54,168 nucleotides of DNA from positions 1-54,168 of the forward strand of contig DAOWBV010000001.1 in NCBI GenBank assembly GCA_030633885.1, in the 5' to 3' direction. The first letter of the stretch is position 1, and every line of letters begins with the position of its first letter. Origin of the DNA: Planctomycetota bacterium (lineage in GTDB: Bacteria > Planctomycetota > MHYJ01 > JACQXL01 > CAKKQI01). Below, one piece after another: positions 1-11,068 of the stretch. The position numbers and the translations under genes are program-made. The notes under the pieces were generated by a model that was not told where the DNA came from, ran no database searches, and was given only the letters and a program-made list of their open reading frames with translations.

Positions 1-183
1 ATAATAGCTGGTCGCGTCAAAATCAAATACCGGACTGCGGGTATCAATCGGTCCGAAGCGATCAGCCAGCGCTCGTTCAACATCACTGGGAACATCCGTC
101 ATTATTTCGGGTAAATAATCAACTCGACCGGAAATCATTCCGATAAAAAGTTTAACCGGCTGAGAGGGCTGAATTTCACCCAT
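1..183 (-). CDS. DUF4416-like protein, N-terminal part (continues past the window start)
   Basis: Reverse-strand ATG at 183-181 overlaps the stop of the upstream ORF (ATGGGTGA overlap). Translation is MGEIQPSQPVKLFIGMISGRVDYLPEIMTDVPSDVERALADRFGPIDTRSPVFDFDATSYY. The PVKLF.G...FGPID..S..FDF..T.YY pattern matches my recollection of DUF4416 proteins. The frame stays open to the window edge. Confidence 0.4.
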   Translation of the reverse strand, partial: MGEIQPSQPVKLFIGMISGRVDYLPEIMTDVPSDVERALADRFGPIDTRSPVFDFDATSYY

Positions 184-484
184 GTTTTAATGCGGCCAAA
201 ATCCGGGCCGCGCTGACTTCGACCTTCTCGTCAGTTTCATAACGGCCGGCTTGAACCAAGGCCTTGATCGCCTGTACCCGTTGCTTTCTAATTTGAGCAA
301 CGTAAATAAAGTCTTTCAGGAATTGAACGGCCGCGAAAGCGACCGCGGGCCCGTTACAACTTAAGACACTGCGAGAAGTACCGGAATTGCTTTTGACAGG
401 GTTGATTTTGTGACGCCGGTGAGTGGTTATGCCCCTCTTTCCATGATAACAGCCATCAATATCGAAACAATCTCTCTTTTTCAT
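176..484 (-). CDS. FlgM-like anti-sigma-28 family protein (putative)
   Basis: 102-aa ORF. The C-terminal RKQRVQAIKALVQAGRYETDEKVEVSAARILAAL resembles the FlgM signature (R..V..lK..I..G.Y.vD...vA..il). The N-terminal half is Cys/His/basic-rich with no recognisable domain. Confidence 0.45.
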   Translation of the reverse strand: MKKRDCFDIDGCYHGKRGITTHRRHKINPVKSNSGTSRSVLSCNGPAVAFAAVQFLKDFIYVAQIRKQRVQAIKALVQAGRYETDEKVEVSAARILAALKHG

Positions 485-623
485 CGTCCCCTCCCCTCGT
501 AATTCAGGTTAGATATGCGATTGATTTCTCTCATCTATATTATCGTGATTTTCGAGAGGAAACTTGATAATTAACCAAGGTTTTTATTGAAAAGATACTG
601 GATTTAGATAGACTAATATCACC

Positions 624-2342
624 ATGTCAACAGAAAATAATCCTTATTCAAACCGCTTTGCCAGAGCTTCAACCCCGACCCCATCCGGGACGAACCTCCC
701 GCCGAATGGCGAGGCTCGCCCAAAGGGCGGGAAACAAGCCCCCCGATATTCATCGGGGAGGCAAGCCGGTTTACTTTTTTTTACCGTTGTCTTATTAGCC
801 CTATTAGGACTGATGGCCCCACTGGGTATCGCTAATCCAAATGAGTTCCGGACCGGAAAGACAATATTAGAAACACCGCCGCCGGTCAAACCACCGATAA
901 CTGACACCGAACCGGCCACGGAAGAAGAAACGGCCACGTCGGACTCGTCTGACGACCGACCGGCCAACAAAGTTAGACAAGTAAAACCGATCTTCCAAGA
1001 AGTACCGGCCCTGGAAAAATTGATCAGCCAACGACGAGGTCTACCTTTCAAAAAACATGTCCGGGTCGGCGTCACAAACAGCCAGGAACTCCGGAAAAAG
1101 ATACTGGAAAGCTATAAAGAAGACCTCGCCCAAAAAGAATTACTTAAAATAAAAAAAGCTCTGGTTAAATTCGGGTTAATCCCGGCCGACTTGAACCTGG
1201 AAAAATTCATGATCGACCTCTTAACTGAACAAATCGCCGGTTTTTACGATCCGATTGCGAAAGAACTTTATTTGGTCGAAAATACCAGCTCAATCACCGG
1301 CAACCTGATAGACGAAGAGTTTCAAGAATATTTCGGGGTTTCCTGGAGCAAATTGGCTGTCATCCATGAGTTAACTCACGCCTTACAGGATCAAAATTTT
1401 GACCTGCTTACCCTACCGTTGGATGATCCGGACAATGATGATCTGGCCACCGCCGTCAAATCAGTCGTGGAGGGCGAAGCAAGCTTTATTATGTATGATC
1501 ATTTATTCAAAAAAATTGATCGCGACCTAACGTTATACCCGGATATTTCCAGTTTAATGGCACCCGCAGGGACGGGCAGGCAGGCAGGCGCGTTTAGCGA
1601 ACCGACCACCCGGAACGAAACTTTAATGGCCCGGGCCCCTCTCTACATTCAGGAAGGATTACTTTTCCCTTACGCTCAGGGATTAAATTTTATCCAGAAA
1701 GTAAAAGCGGCCAAAGGCTGGGACGGGGTCACGAATCTTTATCAGGACCTCCCGGCTTCCACCGAACAGATCATGCACCCCCAGAAATACCTGGATGAAA
1801 AACGTGATTACCCCATCCGGATCACCCTGCCGGACCTAACCGATATCCTGGAAGAAAAAGAGTGGGAATTATTATTGAAAAACGTCATAGGTGAATTAAA
1901 TACCAAAATTATTTTCAAAGAATTTATGCCGAACCGTCAGACTGACCGGCTGGCCAGCGGCTGGGACGGAGATCAATTCGCAGTTTGGGAAAACAAAACT
2001 ACCGGACAGGTCCTGATGCTCTGGCTGACCACCTGGGACTCTCTCAAGGATACCCGGGAATTCACCCGGGCTTACCTGAAATTAATTAAAAAGAAATATC
2101 CTCAGGCAGTCGAACTGGCCAGTGATGATTGGTTCAAAGCGAAACCGGGCACGACCCGTAAAATATGGTCAACCGAAGAAGATTTCGTGCTGATTGAAAA
2201 AAAAGAACTCGATGTATTAATCATTGAAAGCGCCCCGGCCGACCAATTGATCGAAATACGCGATCGGGTTTGGAGCAAAACTCATAAAGAAGAATTAAAA
2301 AAAGTCAATCGGGTTCAACCTGGGCCCGAAAAAAAAAGATAA
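624..2342 (+). CDS. membrane-anchored HExxH zinc metalloprotease (uncharacterised family)
   Basis: 572-aa ORF with one N-terminal TM helix (LLFFTVVLLALLGLMAPLGI) and HELTHALQDQNF followed by VEGEASF (gluzincin-like third ligand). The N-terminal cytoplasmic tail contains a translated GC palindrome at 697-732. Confidence 0.6.
   Translation: MSTENNPYSNRFARASTPTPSGTNLPPNGEARPKGGKQAPRYSSGRQAGLLFFTVVLLALLGLMAPLGIANPNEFRTGKTILETPPPVKPPITDTEPATEEETATSDSSDDRPANKVRQVKPIFQEVPALEKLISQRRGLPFKKHVRVGVTNSQELRKKILESYKEDLAQKELLKIKKALVKFGLIPADLNLEKFMIDLLTEQIAGFYDPIAKELYLVENTSSITGNLIDEEFQEYFGVSWSKLAVIHELTHALQDQNFDLLTLPLDDPDNDDLATAVKSVVEGEASFIMYDHLFKKIDRDLTLYPDISSLMAPAGTGRQAGAFSEPTTRNETLMARAPLYIQEGLLFPYAQGLNFIQKVKAAKGWDGVTNLYQDLPASTEQIMHPQKYLDEKRDYPIRITLPDLTDILEEKEWELLLKNVIGELNTKIIFKEFMPNRQTDRLASGWDGDQFAVWENKTTGQVLMLWLTTWDSLKDTREFTRAYLKLIKKKYPQAVELASDDWFKAKPGTTRKIWSTEEDFVLIEKKELDVLIIESAPADQLIEIRDRVWSKTHKEELKKVNRVQPGPEKKR
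697..732. repeat. GC-rich nested palindrome inside the CDS
   Basis: TCCCGCC (697-703) pairs with GGCGGGA (726-732), and inner GGCGAG-G-CTCGCC lies at 708-720. The 15-mer GCGAGGCTCGCCCAA (709-723) recurs identically at 19617-19631 inside the leader of a pseudopilin gene. Confidence 0.8.
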
Positions 2343-2354
2343 GGGAGAAAAAAC

Positions 2355-2687
2355 ATGAATCTGACACTTGATTTTGCTCAACAGGATAAAGTCTACGTTA
2401 TTAAATTACACGGTCGGTTTATCGGAAAAGAAAGCTCTGATTTCCAGGATCAGATCAGCGAAAATATCGGTTCGGACGGCAAAAATATCGTGATCGATCT
2501 GGGTGAATTGCATTATATCGGGAGTCAAGGCGCTTCAGCTCTGGTCGCCTTAACCGTTAAACATAAAGTCAAACTGGCCAATCTTTCTAAACAGATCAAG
2601 AATACTTTTGATTTGTTAAAACTGGAAGAGATTTTTGAAATCTTTGATACGGTTGACGCCGCTGTCACCAGTTTTGGCTCCGCCTGA
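2355..2687 (+). CDS. STAS-domain anti-sigma factor antagonist (SpoIIAA/RsbV-like)
   Basis: 110-aa ORF with a GGGAG RBS 8 nt upstream. It has the typical STAS layout, with IDLGELHYIGSQGASALV and a C-terminal F.IFDTVDAA motif. Confidence 0.8.
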   Translation: MNLTLDFAQQDKVYVIKLHGRFIGKESSDFQDQISENIGSDGKNIVIDLGELHYIGSQGASALVALTVKHKVKLANLSKQIKNTFDLLKLEEIFEIFDTVDAAVTSFGSA

Positions 2688-2713
2688 AATCTTCGCTGAG
2701 ACCAACCGGTAAG

Positions 2714-5700
2714 CTAGACGGCCAGTCTCTGTTCGGAGGAATCTTCTGATTCGGACACGCTGTCTCCCAGAATTGACGGTTCAGCCGGTTTTTCCAGCTT
2801 CATCAAACGTCGCTTCGGGAAACCCGTCCCGCAGGGAACAATATGACCCAGAATGACATTCTCTTTAATGCCACGTAAAGGATCACGTCGACCGGCCAAA
2901 GCGGCTTCAGTCAAAACGCGGGTCGTTTCCTGGAAAGAAGCCGCGGCGATAAAGCTTTCTGACTGCAGACTGGCTTTGGTAATACCCATCAACAAGGGCT
3001 TAGCCGTCGCCGGTTTGGAACCCTTCTTGATCATTTTCTGGTTGGCTTCCTGGAATTTAAATTTATCAACGATACTGCCCGGCAACAGATCCGTATCACC
3101 TGAAGTCTGCACCTTGACTTTCCTCAGCATTTGCCCGACAATGATCTCAATATGCTTGTCATTGATGGTAACACTCTGAGAACGGTAGACATTCTGGACC
3201 TCCTGAAGAAGATAACTCTGTACGGCTTCGATACCACTGATTCGCAAAATATCGTGAGGGACGCGCGGGCCGTCAACCAACGGTTCCCCGGCCTTAACCC
3301 GATCGCCACGATGGACTCTTAAATGCTTGCCTTGCGGAACAAAATGTTCGCGTTCCATACCGCTTTCTTCATTACGGATAATGATTATTCGTTTACCGCT
3401 TTTCTTTTCACCCAGAGCAACAATCCCGTCAATCTCAGCCACAATGGCCGGATCTTTCGGCTGCCGGGCTTCGACTAATTCAGTCACCCGCGGCAGACCA
3501 CCGGTGATGTCCTGAGTACCGAGCAATTCGCGGGGCATCTTGGCCAGCAAGGTACCTGAATCGATCTTATTACCTTCATTAACTTCTAAATGCGCTTTTT
3601 CCGGAACGGCGTAGACCCCCAGAATCGTCCCTTTATCATCTTCAATCACGACCTGCGGATGCAGGTCACCTTTGTGCTCAATGATAACTTTCCGTTTGAT
3701 CCCACTCCGCAACTCCACCTCTTCTTTCATGGTCACATTTTTAATGATGTCTTCGTAGCGAACCTTACCGCCTTTTTCGGCCAAAATAGGAATATTATGG
3801 GGATCCCAAGTAACCAGGACCGTCCCGGCCTTGACCGGTTTCCCTTCCTTGACCATCAGAATCGAACCGGACGGAACCACATACTGTTCCAATTCCCGAT
3901 TCTTATCATCCAAGACTATCAGTTCACCGTTCCGATTGACCACTACGGTTTCACCTTTTTTAGTCACGGCGGCTTTAATATTATTAAACTTAACCACCCC
4001 GGCACTCTTGACGACAATCCGGGATTCTTCGATCGTTCGCGACGCTGTTCCACCGATATGGAAAGTTCTCATGGTTAACTGTGTTCCCGGTTCCCCAATG
4101 GATTGGGCGGCAATAATACCGACCGCTAATCCTTCTTCCACTAATTTACCGGTGGAAAGATCCATCCCGTAGCATTTAGCGCAGAGGCCAAAAGGCGACT
4201 CACAAGTCAAAGTCGACCGAACACGGACTTTGGGTAAACCTAAATTTTCTATCCGCTTGGAAATTTCCTCGGTAATCAACTCATTTTCTTTCACCACAAT
4301 CTCATCGGTAACAATATCCACGATATTATCGCGAGCCACCCGACCAAAAATACTTTCACTCAAGGAAATGTCGATTTTTTCACCCTTGTAAATAATTCCT
4401 TTGGTTACGCCGTTCAGAGTACCGCAATCATCTATCGTTATGAACATGTTCTGAGTGACATCGACCAGTTTCCGAGTCAGGTAACCGGCGTCGGCCGTTT
4501 TCAGCGCTGTATCGGCCAATCCTTTACGCGCGCCGTGAGTGGAACTGAAATATTCCAGCACGCTTAACCCTTCCCGGAAATTAGCTTTAATCGGCGTTTC
4601 AATGATCTCACCGGACGGTTTGGCCATTAAACCACGCATCCCGGCTAACTGCCGAACCTGGTCAATACTGCCCCGAGCACCGGAAAAAACCATTAAATTG
4701 ATCGGGTTAAGATAAGGCTGACCATCCCGAACATCGTTCTTAAAGCCATTGATCATAACTTCAGCCACTTTTTCCCGAGCCGAAGTCCAGCAATCGATAA
4801 TCTGGTTATAACGCTCGCCGTCCGTGATCACCCCCTGGCGATAATTCTGCTCGATCTTGACTATTTCCAGTTCGGTTTCTTTGATGATCTTTGGTTTTTC
4901 CGGCGGTATCCGTAAATCATCTTTGCAAATCGACAGACCGGAAAGCGTCGCTGCTTTAAAACCTAGTTTTTTAATATCATCCAATAATTCAACAGTCGCT
5001 TCCCGCCCATTCTGTTTGTAACAATTATTAACGATTCGGCTGGCATCCTTTTTGGTGACCTCAAAGTTATAAAAACCCAGATTGTCCGGAATAACCTGAT
5101 TAAATATCAAACGACCCACGGTAGTATTATAAACAGTACTATTAGGGGATTTAGGTTCGTCCGGCTGACCGTTCTTTTTAAGAACTTTAACATCCGACTC
5201 AAATTTAACCGGAATTAAACCGTTTAACTTTACCTTCTTATTATCGTACGCCAGCAAAGCCTCTTCCGGGCTGGAATAGTAACCCTGAAGCTTTTTCCAC
5301 CAATCGTCTTTACTTTTGCCTTGCTTTTTATTTTCGTGTTCCTGGGTTTGTTCCGGACGTTCCAGGGTCAGGTAGTTAATGCCTAAAACAATATCCTGGG
5401 TCGGCGAAATACTCGGACTGCCGTGCGCCGGAGAGAAGATATTCTGGGTAGACATCATGAGCATGCGCGTTTCCACCAGGGCTTCCCAGGAAAGCGGCAA
5501 ATGAACGGCCATCTGGTCACCGTCAAAATCAGCGTTAAACGCCGGACAGACCAGCGGGTGAATTGAGATCGCGTTCCCTTCGACCAGGATCGGTTCAAAA
5601 GCCTGGACCCCCATCCGGTGCAAGGTCGGCGCGCGGTTCAAAAGAACCGGATGATCTTTAATAACTTCATCGAGCACATCCCAGACGCCTTCGTCGCGTC

Positions 5701-6898
5701 GTTCCAGCATTTTCTTGGCGCTCTTAATGGTGTCGGCCCGGCCCAGTTCTTTCAGCCGGCGAATAATAAAAGGCTGGTAGAGTTCCAGAGCAATACGTTT
5801 AGGTAACCCGCACTGATTCAGCGTCAAATCCGGCCCGACCACAATAACCGAACGGGCGGAATAATCAACGCGTTTCCCCAGCAGATTTTCCCGAAACCGG
5901 CCCTGTTTCCCTTTGATCATATCGGTCAATGATTTCAGGGCCCGGCCGTTAGCACCCAGCACCTGCCGACGGCAACGTTCATTATCAAACAACGCGTCGA
6001 CGGATTGCTGTAACATCCGCTTTTCATTCCGGATGATCACTTCCGGAGCGTTTAACTCCATCAGTTTTTTTAAACGATTATTCCGGTTGATCAAACGTCG
6101 ATAAAGATCATTCAAGTCAGAACTGGCAAAATTACCGCTTTCCAGCAGAACCAACGGTCGCAAGTCCGGCGGGATCACCGGGACCGTCTCCAGCACCATC
6201 CACTCCGGCTTGTTCCCGGAATTGAGGAAAACTTCCACCAGCCGAAGCCGTTTAATGATATCTTTTTGTTTCTGGGCCGAAGCAGTTTCTTTCAAAGCTT
6301 TCTTTAATTTTTTTGCCAGATCTTTTAAGTCAAGGTCCTGCAAAAGTATTTTGACCGCCCTGGCGCCAATCTCTACCTTAAAATCGTCTTTGTAACGCTT
6401 GTTATACTCATTGAGACGCTCTTCGTTCAAGACCTGCCCCACCTGTAAAGTACACTTTTTGCTCTTGACCTGGGTAACGACATAATCCTGATAAAAAATC
6501 ACCCGTTCCAGGGCAGAAGTCTTTATATTAAGCAAAGTCCCGATGGGCGACGGAATGGTCTTAAAAAACCAGATATGGGTCACCGGCGCGGCCATGTTGA
6601 TATGGGCCATGCGTTTCCGCCGGACCCGGGAAAGAGTGATCTCCACGCCGCATCGATCGCAAATGATTCCTTTGTATTTTATCCCTTTGTATTTGCCGCA
6701 AAAACACTCCCAGTCCTTTTCCGGACCAAAGATCCGTTCGCAAAAAAGACCGTCTTTCTCGGCCCGGTAAGTCCGGTAATTAATCGTCTCCGGTTTCTTG
6801 ACCTCACCGTAAGACCAGGACTTGATCTCTTCCGGCGAAGCAACTTTGATGGAAACAGCGGAAAATTCATTGACCCTATCAGAAGAAAAATCTACCAT
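2714..6898 (-). CDS. rpoC: DNA-directed RNA polymerase subunit beta'
   Basis: 1394-aa ORF with the zinc-binding CxCGKY...CDRCGVE motif, the catalytic NADFDGDQM motif and conserved trigger-loop/bridge-helix regions. It lies directly downstream of rpoB. Confidence 0.98.
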   Translation of the reverse strand: MVDFSSDRVNEFSAVSIKVASPEEIKSWSYGEVKKPETINYRTYRAEKDGLFCERIFGPEKDWECFCGKYKGIKYKGIICDRCGVEITLSRVRRKRMAHINMAAPVTHIWFFKTIPSPIGTLLNIKTSALERVIFYQDYVVTQVKSKKCTLQVGQVLNEERLNEYNKRYKDDFKVEIGARAVKILLQDLDLKDLAKKLKKALKETASAQKQKDIIKRLRLVEVFLNSGNKPEWMVLETVPVIPPDLRPLVLLESGNFASSDLNDLYRRLINRNNRLKKLMELNAPEVIIRNEKRMLQQSVDALFDNERCRRQVLGANGRALKSLTDMIKGKQGRFRENLLGKRVDYSARSVIVVGPDLTLNQCGLPKRIALELYQPFIIRRLKELGRADTIKSAKKMLERRDEGVWDVLDEVIKDHPVLLNRAPTLHRMGVQAFEPILVEGNAISIHPLVCPAFNADFDGDQMAVHLPLSWEALVETRMLMMSTQNIFSPAHGSPSISPTQDIVLGINYLTLERPEQTQEHENKKQGKSKDDWWKKLQGYYSSPEEALLAYDNKKVKLNGLIPVKFESDVKVLKKNGQPDEPKSPNSTVYNTTVGRLIFNQVIPDNLGFYNFEVTKKDASRIVNNCYKQNGREATVELLDDIKKLGFKAATLSGLSICKDDLRIPPEKPKIIKETELEIVKIEQNYRQGVITDGERYNQIIDCWTSAREKVAEVMINGFKNDVRDGQPYLNPINLMVFSGARGSIDQVRQLAGMRGLMAKPSGEIIETPIKANFREGLSVLEYFSSTHGARKGLADTALKTADAGYLTRKLVDVTQNMFITIDDCGTLNGVTKGIIYKGEKIDISLSESIFGRVARDNIVDIVTDEIVVKENELITEEISKRIENLGLPKVRVRSTLTCESPFGLCAKCYGMDLSTGKLVEEGLAVGIIAAQSIGEPGTQLTMRTFHIGGTASRTIEESRIVVKSAGVVKFNNIKAAVTKKGETVVVNRNGELIVLDDKNRELEQYVVPSGSILMVKEGKPVKAGTVLVTWDPHNIPILAEKGGKVRYEDIIKNVTMKEEVELRSGIKRKVIIEHKGDLHPQVVIEDDKGTILGVYAVPEKAHLEVNEGNKIDSGTLLAKMPRELLGTQDITGGLPRVTELVEARQPKDPAIVAEIDGIVALGEKKSGKRIIIIRNEESGMEREHFVPQGKHLRVHRGDRVKAGEPLVDGPRVPHDILRISGIEAVQSYLLQEVQNVYRSQSVTINDKHIEIIVGQMLRKVKVQTSGDTDLLPGSIVDKFKFQEANQKMIKKGSKPATAKPLLMGITKASLQSESFIAAASFQETTRVLTEAALAGRRDPLRGIKENVILGHIVPCGTGFPKRRLMKLEKPAEPSILGDSVSESEDSSEQRLAV

Positions 6899-6988
6899 TC
6901 AGTCTCTCCTTCAATGAGCCCCGCACCTTTGATATATTCATCCTGAATCCGATAAAGGTGCGAGGTAAATCAGCTACGCATAATTTTA

Positions 6989-9900
6989 TTAATCGATAAT
7001 CTTTTTTTCTTTTTCCAGTTTTAAATTCAAGCAGAGGCCTTTGATTTCATTATTTAAAACTTCAAAGGAGACTGGGGTGCTCGGTTCCAGTAAATTGTCT
7101 CCCTTGATCATGGATTCATATATCTTGGTTCGGCCATCAACATCATCGCTTTTCACGGTTAACATCTCCTGCAGGGTATTGGAGGCGCCGTAGGCTTCGA
7201 GAGCCCAAACTTCCATTTCCCCAAAACGTTGGCCGCCGTAACGGGCTTTACCGCCCAACGGCTGTTGGGTAATCAAAGAATAAGGACCCGTCGCCCGGGC
7301 GTGAATCTTATCATCAACCAAATGATGCAACTTCATAATGTAAGCGTACCCGATCATGATCCGTTCATCAAATGGTTTACCGGTCCGGCCATCAAACAGA
7401 GTGACTTTCCCATCCATCGCCAGGCCGGCTTCCTTCAGCGTATCGGTAATCTCTGCTTCCGTGGCGCCGTTAAAAACCGGTGTCAGCGCCTGGAAATTCA
7501 ACTTTTTCGCCGACCAACCCAAATGGGTCTCCAGAAGCTGGCCAACGTTCATCCGGGAAGGCACGCCCAACGGATTAAGAATTATGTCAACGTGCGTCCC
7601 GTCACTCATAAAAGGCATATCTTCAAGCGGTAAAATTTTCGCGATCACGCCTTTGTTCCCGTGACGACCGGCGATTTTATCACCCACCGATAAACGGCGC
7701 TTACTAGCGATCGTGACCTTAACCATCTCCAACACGCCGGTGGGTAGATCATCACCCCGCATCAAACGATTGATCTTTAACTCCCGTTCGTTTTCTAACT
7801 TTTCCGCTTCGGCCACCAGCTCTTTGATATGGGCGATTGCCACATCTTTATCCTTCCGGCTTTCAAACTCGAACTGCTCGATATTTAATTTCCCCTTAAG
7901 CTGTTCGATACTTTTGATGCTGCCGCGCGGACCGTAAGCGATCGGTCGGGCCACTAACCGCTTTCGGACGATCCGTTCGATACTGCGAATCCCTTCTTCC
8001 AGCAAAGCGGTCAACCGGACGTTAATATCCCGATCGATCTTTTTCATCTTTTTATTGGAAAGTTTTTTCTCTTTTTCACTCTTCAACACTTTTCGGGTGA
8101 AACGCTGGGTATCGATCACGATCCCATCCACGCCGGGCGGCACTTCCAATGATTCATTCTTCACATCTTCACCGGCTTTACCGAAAATAGCGTGCAATAA
8201 TTTTTCTTCCGGTGTCAATTCGCTTTTACTTTTCGGCGTGATCTTACCAACCAGAATATCTCCCGGCTTGATTTTTGTCCCGACCAGAATAATCCCGTTT
8301 TCATCAAGGTTCTTCAATGCTTTTTCGGAAACATTGGGAATATCCCGGGTAAATTCTTCCTGTCCCAGTTTGGTTTCCCGGGCCTCGACTTCAAAATCTT
8401 CGATATGCAGGGAAGTAAAAACATCATCCTTTAGTAATCTTTCGCTGACGATAATGGCGTCTTCGAAGTTGTACCCTTCCCAAAGCATAAAGGCAACCAG
8501 CACGTTCCGACCGAGGGCCAGCTCGCCCTGAGCAGTGCCCGCTCCATCGGCAATGACCTGATTACGTCTGACCCGTTGCCCAATCTCAACGATCGGTTTC
8601 TGGTTCAGGCAAGTTCGTTCGTTCAAACCGACAAATTTCCGCAGATTATATGTATTGATCTTCGTCGCGCCGTTGGTTTCAGTACCGATAATGATCTGAT
8701 CGGCCGTCACCCGGTTAACCACGCCCTCTTTGACAGCCGTTACCACCATGGAGGAATTAGCGGCGGCGTGTTTTTCCAGACCAGTCACAACCAGAGCTGG
8801 TTCGGTATTAAGCAACGGTACGGCCTGGCGCTGCATATTAGAACCCATCAGAGCCCGGTTCGCATCGTCATGTTCCAGAAATGGGATCAAACCGGCTGAA
8901 AGACCAACCATCTGGTTCGGAGAAACATCAATGTAGTCAATCTTTTCCGGAGTAACAAACTGGAACTCACCGTTATACCGGGACAGAACCTTATCTTTCG
9001 CTATCCGGCCGGTCACATCCCGGGCATCGGCCGGGGCGATCACTTTATCCTTTTCCTGATCAGCCCGCAGATAAATAAGTTGCTCCTGCACCCGGCCTTT
9101 CTTGACCGGATAATAAGGGGTAACCAGGAACCCGTATTTATCCAAGGCGCTGAAGATAGTCAAAGAGGCAATCAAACCGATGTTTACGCCTTCGGGCGTT
9201 TCTATCGGACAGATCCGGCCGTAATGAGAAGTATGAACATCACGCACTTCAAACCCGGCCCGCTTCCGGTTCAGCCCGCCCGGCCCGAGCGCGCTTAAAC
9301 GTCTTTCGTGCGTCAACTGATCCAGCGGATTAGTCTGGGAGGCGACCTGAGATAATTCACCCTGTTCAAAGAAATAATTGATCGCCGCGGAAACCGGTTT
9401 CGAATTGATCAAGGTTCGCGGCGTCATGACAGCCAGGTTACTAGACCCGAGATTCAACCGTTCCGTAATGATCCGTTTTAAACTGAGGAACCCGCGCCGG
9501 ATCTCCTCCAGGATCAATTCATCGATCGTCCTCACCCGACGGTTACCCAGATGATCAATATCATCCGTTTCGCCGATCCCTTTACGTAAATTAATGATAT
9601 ATTTAACGGCGTTGATCACGTCGCCGGGCAGCAAGGTCTGTTCGCTTTCCGGAATCTCCAGCCCGAACTTGCGGTTAAGTTTGAATCGACCAACCCGGCC
9701 CATCTGGTAACGCTGTTTATCAAAAAACCGTTCCCGGAAAACAGTTTTGGCCTGCTCCAGTTGAAGCGGCATCCCCGGTCTCAGACGAGCGTAGATCTTT
9801 AAAACTGATTCTTCGTGCGAATGGCTGGTATCTTCGGTCAACGTGTTCAAGAGCAGCCAATCATCCGGCTCGCTCAGCACTTCGATCTCTTTTAAGCTCT

Positions 9901-10678
9901 CAATAATGAACTTAGCAGTACTTTCAGAGACTTTCTGTCCACCTTCTAAAACCACTTTCTTGCTATTGGGATCTTTAATATCATCAACTATATATTTCCC
10001 ATTCAGCACGGACTGATTCATATGGCGGGTAATTTTAATTTTTTCAGTTTTGTAGAAGACTCGGAGAATTTGAGCGGTGGTGGATAATTTTTCATCCATG
10101 GCCCGTATGAAAGTGGTCAGCGGGATCTTACCGCCCTGATCGATTTTGATCGTCAAGTTCTCCTTTTTCCCGGTAGCAATCTCGATCCAACTACCACGTT
10201 CCGGAATGATCCAGGCGGAGTGCAATTTTCGATCGCCCACCTTGGATTCGGTAAAGTCGATCCCCGGAGAACGATGCAACTGGTTAACGATCACCCGTTC
10301 AACGCCGTTAACAATAAACTCCCCACCACCAATCATAAGCGGCACTTCGCCCAGATAAACGTCCTCTTCGACCGGTTCGGGTTTATTTAAACGAAGCCTG
10401 GCTTTAAGGGAGGCGCCGTAAGTGATCTTTAGCGCCCGGCATTCTTCTTCCGTATAACGGGGCTGGCCAATCTCATACCAGAGATAATCAATAGAAAGTG
10501 ACCCGTCATAGGACTTAACCGGGAATATTTCCCGGAATAATGATTCCAGGCCAATACTTTTGCGGCGGGTATGATGAACTAATCTTTGTAAAAAACGTTC
10601 ATAAGCGTCATGTTGGATACGAACCAGGTTGGGAACGGAAAAAACAGCTTTGGACTTACGGTAATTCCTTACTTCCAT
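6989..10678 (-). CDS. rpoB: DNA-directed RNA polymerase subunit beta
   Basis: 1229-aa ORF with conserved blocks GPGGL, RHGNKGV, NPLGVPSRMNVGQ and GGQRFGEMEVWALEAYGA. Confidence 0.98.
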   Translation of the reverse strand: MEVRNYRKSKAVFSVPNLVRIQHDAYERFLQRLVHHTRRKSIGLESLFREIFPVKSYDGSLSIDYLWYEIGQPRYTEEECRALKITYGASLKARLRLNKPEPVEEDVYLGEVPLMIGGGEFIVNGVERVIVNQLHRSPGIDFTESKVGDRKLHSAWIIPERGSWIEIATGKKENLTIKIDQGGKIPLTTFIRAMDEKLSTTAQILRVFYKTEKIKITRHMNQSVLNGKYIVDDIKDPNSKKVVLEGGQKVSESTAKFIIESLKEIEVLSEPDDWLLLNTLTEDTSHSHEESVLKIYARLRPGMPLQLEQAKTVFRERFFDKQRYQMGRVGRFKLNRKFGLEIPESEQTLLPGDVINAVKYIINLRKGIGETDDIDHLGNRRVRTIDELILEEIRRGFLSLKRIITERLNLGSSNLAVMTPRTLINSKPVSAAINYFFEQGELSQVASQTNPLDQLTHERRLSALGPGGLNRKRAGFEVRDVHTSHYGRICPIETPEGVNIGLIASLTIFSALDKYGFLVTPYYPVKKGRVQEQLIYLRADQEKDKVIAPADARDVTGRIAKDKVLSRYNGEFQFVTPEKIDYIDVSPNQMVGLSAGLIPFLEHDDANRALMGSNMQRQAVPLLNTEPALVVTGLEKHAAANSSMVVTAVKEGVVNRVTADQIIIGTETNGATKINTYNLRKFVGLNERTCLNQKPIVEIGQRVRRNQVIADGAGTAQGELALGRNVLVAFMLWEGYNFEDAIIVSERLLKDDVFTSLHIEDFEVEARETKLGQEEFTRDIPNVSEKALKNLDENGIILVGTKIKPGDILVGKITPKSKSELTPEEKLLHAIFGKAGEDVKNESLEVPPGVDGIVIDTQRFTRKVLKSEKEKKLSNKKMKKIDRDINVRLTALLEEGIRSIERIVRKRLVARPIAYGPRGSIKSIEQLKGKLNIEQFEFESRKDKDVAIAHIKELVAEAEKLENERELKINRLMRGDDLPTGVLEMVKVTIASKRRLSVGDKIAGRHGNKGVIAKILPLEDMPFMSDGTHVDIILNPLGVPSRMNVGQLLETHLGWSAKKLNFQALTPVFNGATEAEITDTLKEAGLAMDGKVTLFDGRTGKPFDERIMIGYAYIMKLHHLVDDKIHARATGPYSLITQQPLGGKARYGGQRFGEMEVWALEAYGASNTLQEMLTVKSDDVDGRTKIYESMIKGDNLLEPSTPVSFEVLNNEIKGLCLNLKLEKEKKIID

Positions 10679-10890
10679 TTACTCTCCTTTTACTACACCG
10701 GGCAATAAATTAATATTTCGGCTGAGTAGAAGATACTTTGGGTTCGGAAACCAAGTTGATTATTTGCGTCAGAGGAAGACGTTGATAGCCAAAACCCCGG
10801 CCAGCGGTTAATCCAGCCGAGAAAACCGGGTCACGGACCGGTTGGTCACCACGCATAATAGATACAGATAGAACCATCTTTAATCGTAAA

Positions 10891-11011
10891 CCCCGTTAGA
10901 GATAGGTCGTCCATTCGGAACGACCGTTGTTTGGGATATTCTCTAAGGGCGGTTTTTGTATTTCCTATGTCTAAATATTTTCGTTAGAAATTTTAACCAT
11001 CTCTAACGGGG
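10891..11011 (-). mobile_element. MITE-like TIR element (CCCCGTTAGAGAT family), copy in the rplL-rpoB spacer
   Basis: CCCCGTTAGAGAT at 10891-10903 and ATCTCTAACGGGG at 10999-11011 are a perfect 13-nt inverted repeat. The element is flanked by direct TAAA at 10887-10890 and 11012-11015. A subterminal hairpin GGTCGTCC-attc-GGAACGACC next to the left end on the plus strand orients the element with the minus-strand genes. Confidence 0.8.
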
Positions 11012-11068
11012 TAAAGGCATTGATTAACCTGTCGCTTGCGGCTCAGGTAGAGTCAAGGGTCTGTCCGG

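Noticed and set aside
2853-10358. Many 60-160 aa ORFs lie on the plus strand inside rpoC and rpoB, for example 2853-3179, 3590-4078, 7229-7633 and 8055-8531.
   Set aside because: They are antisense shadows of two very well supported long genes. They have no RBS or recognisable motifs and their composition is low-complexity.
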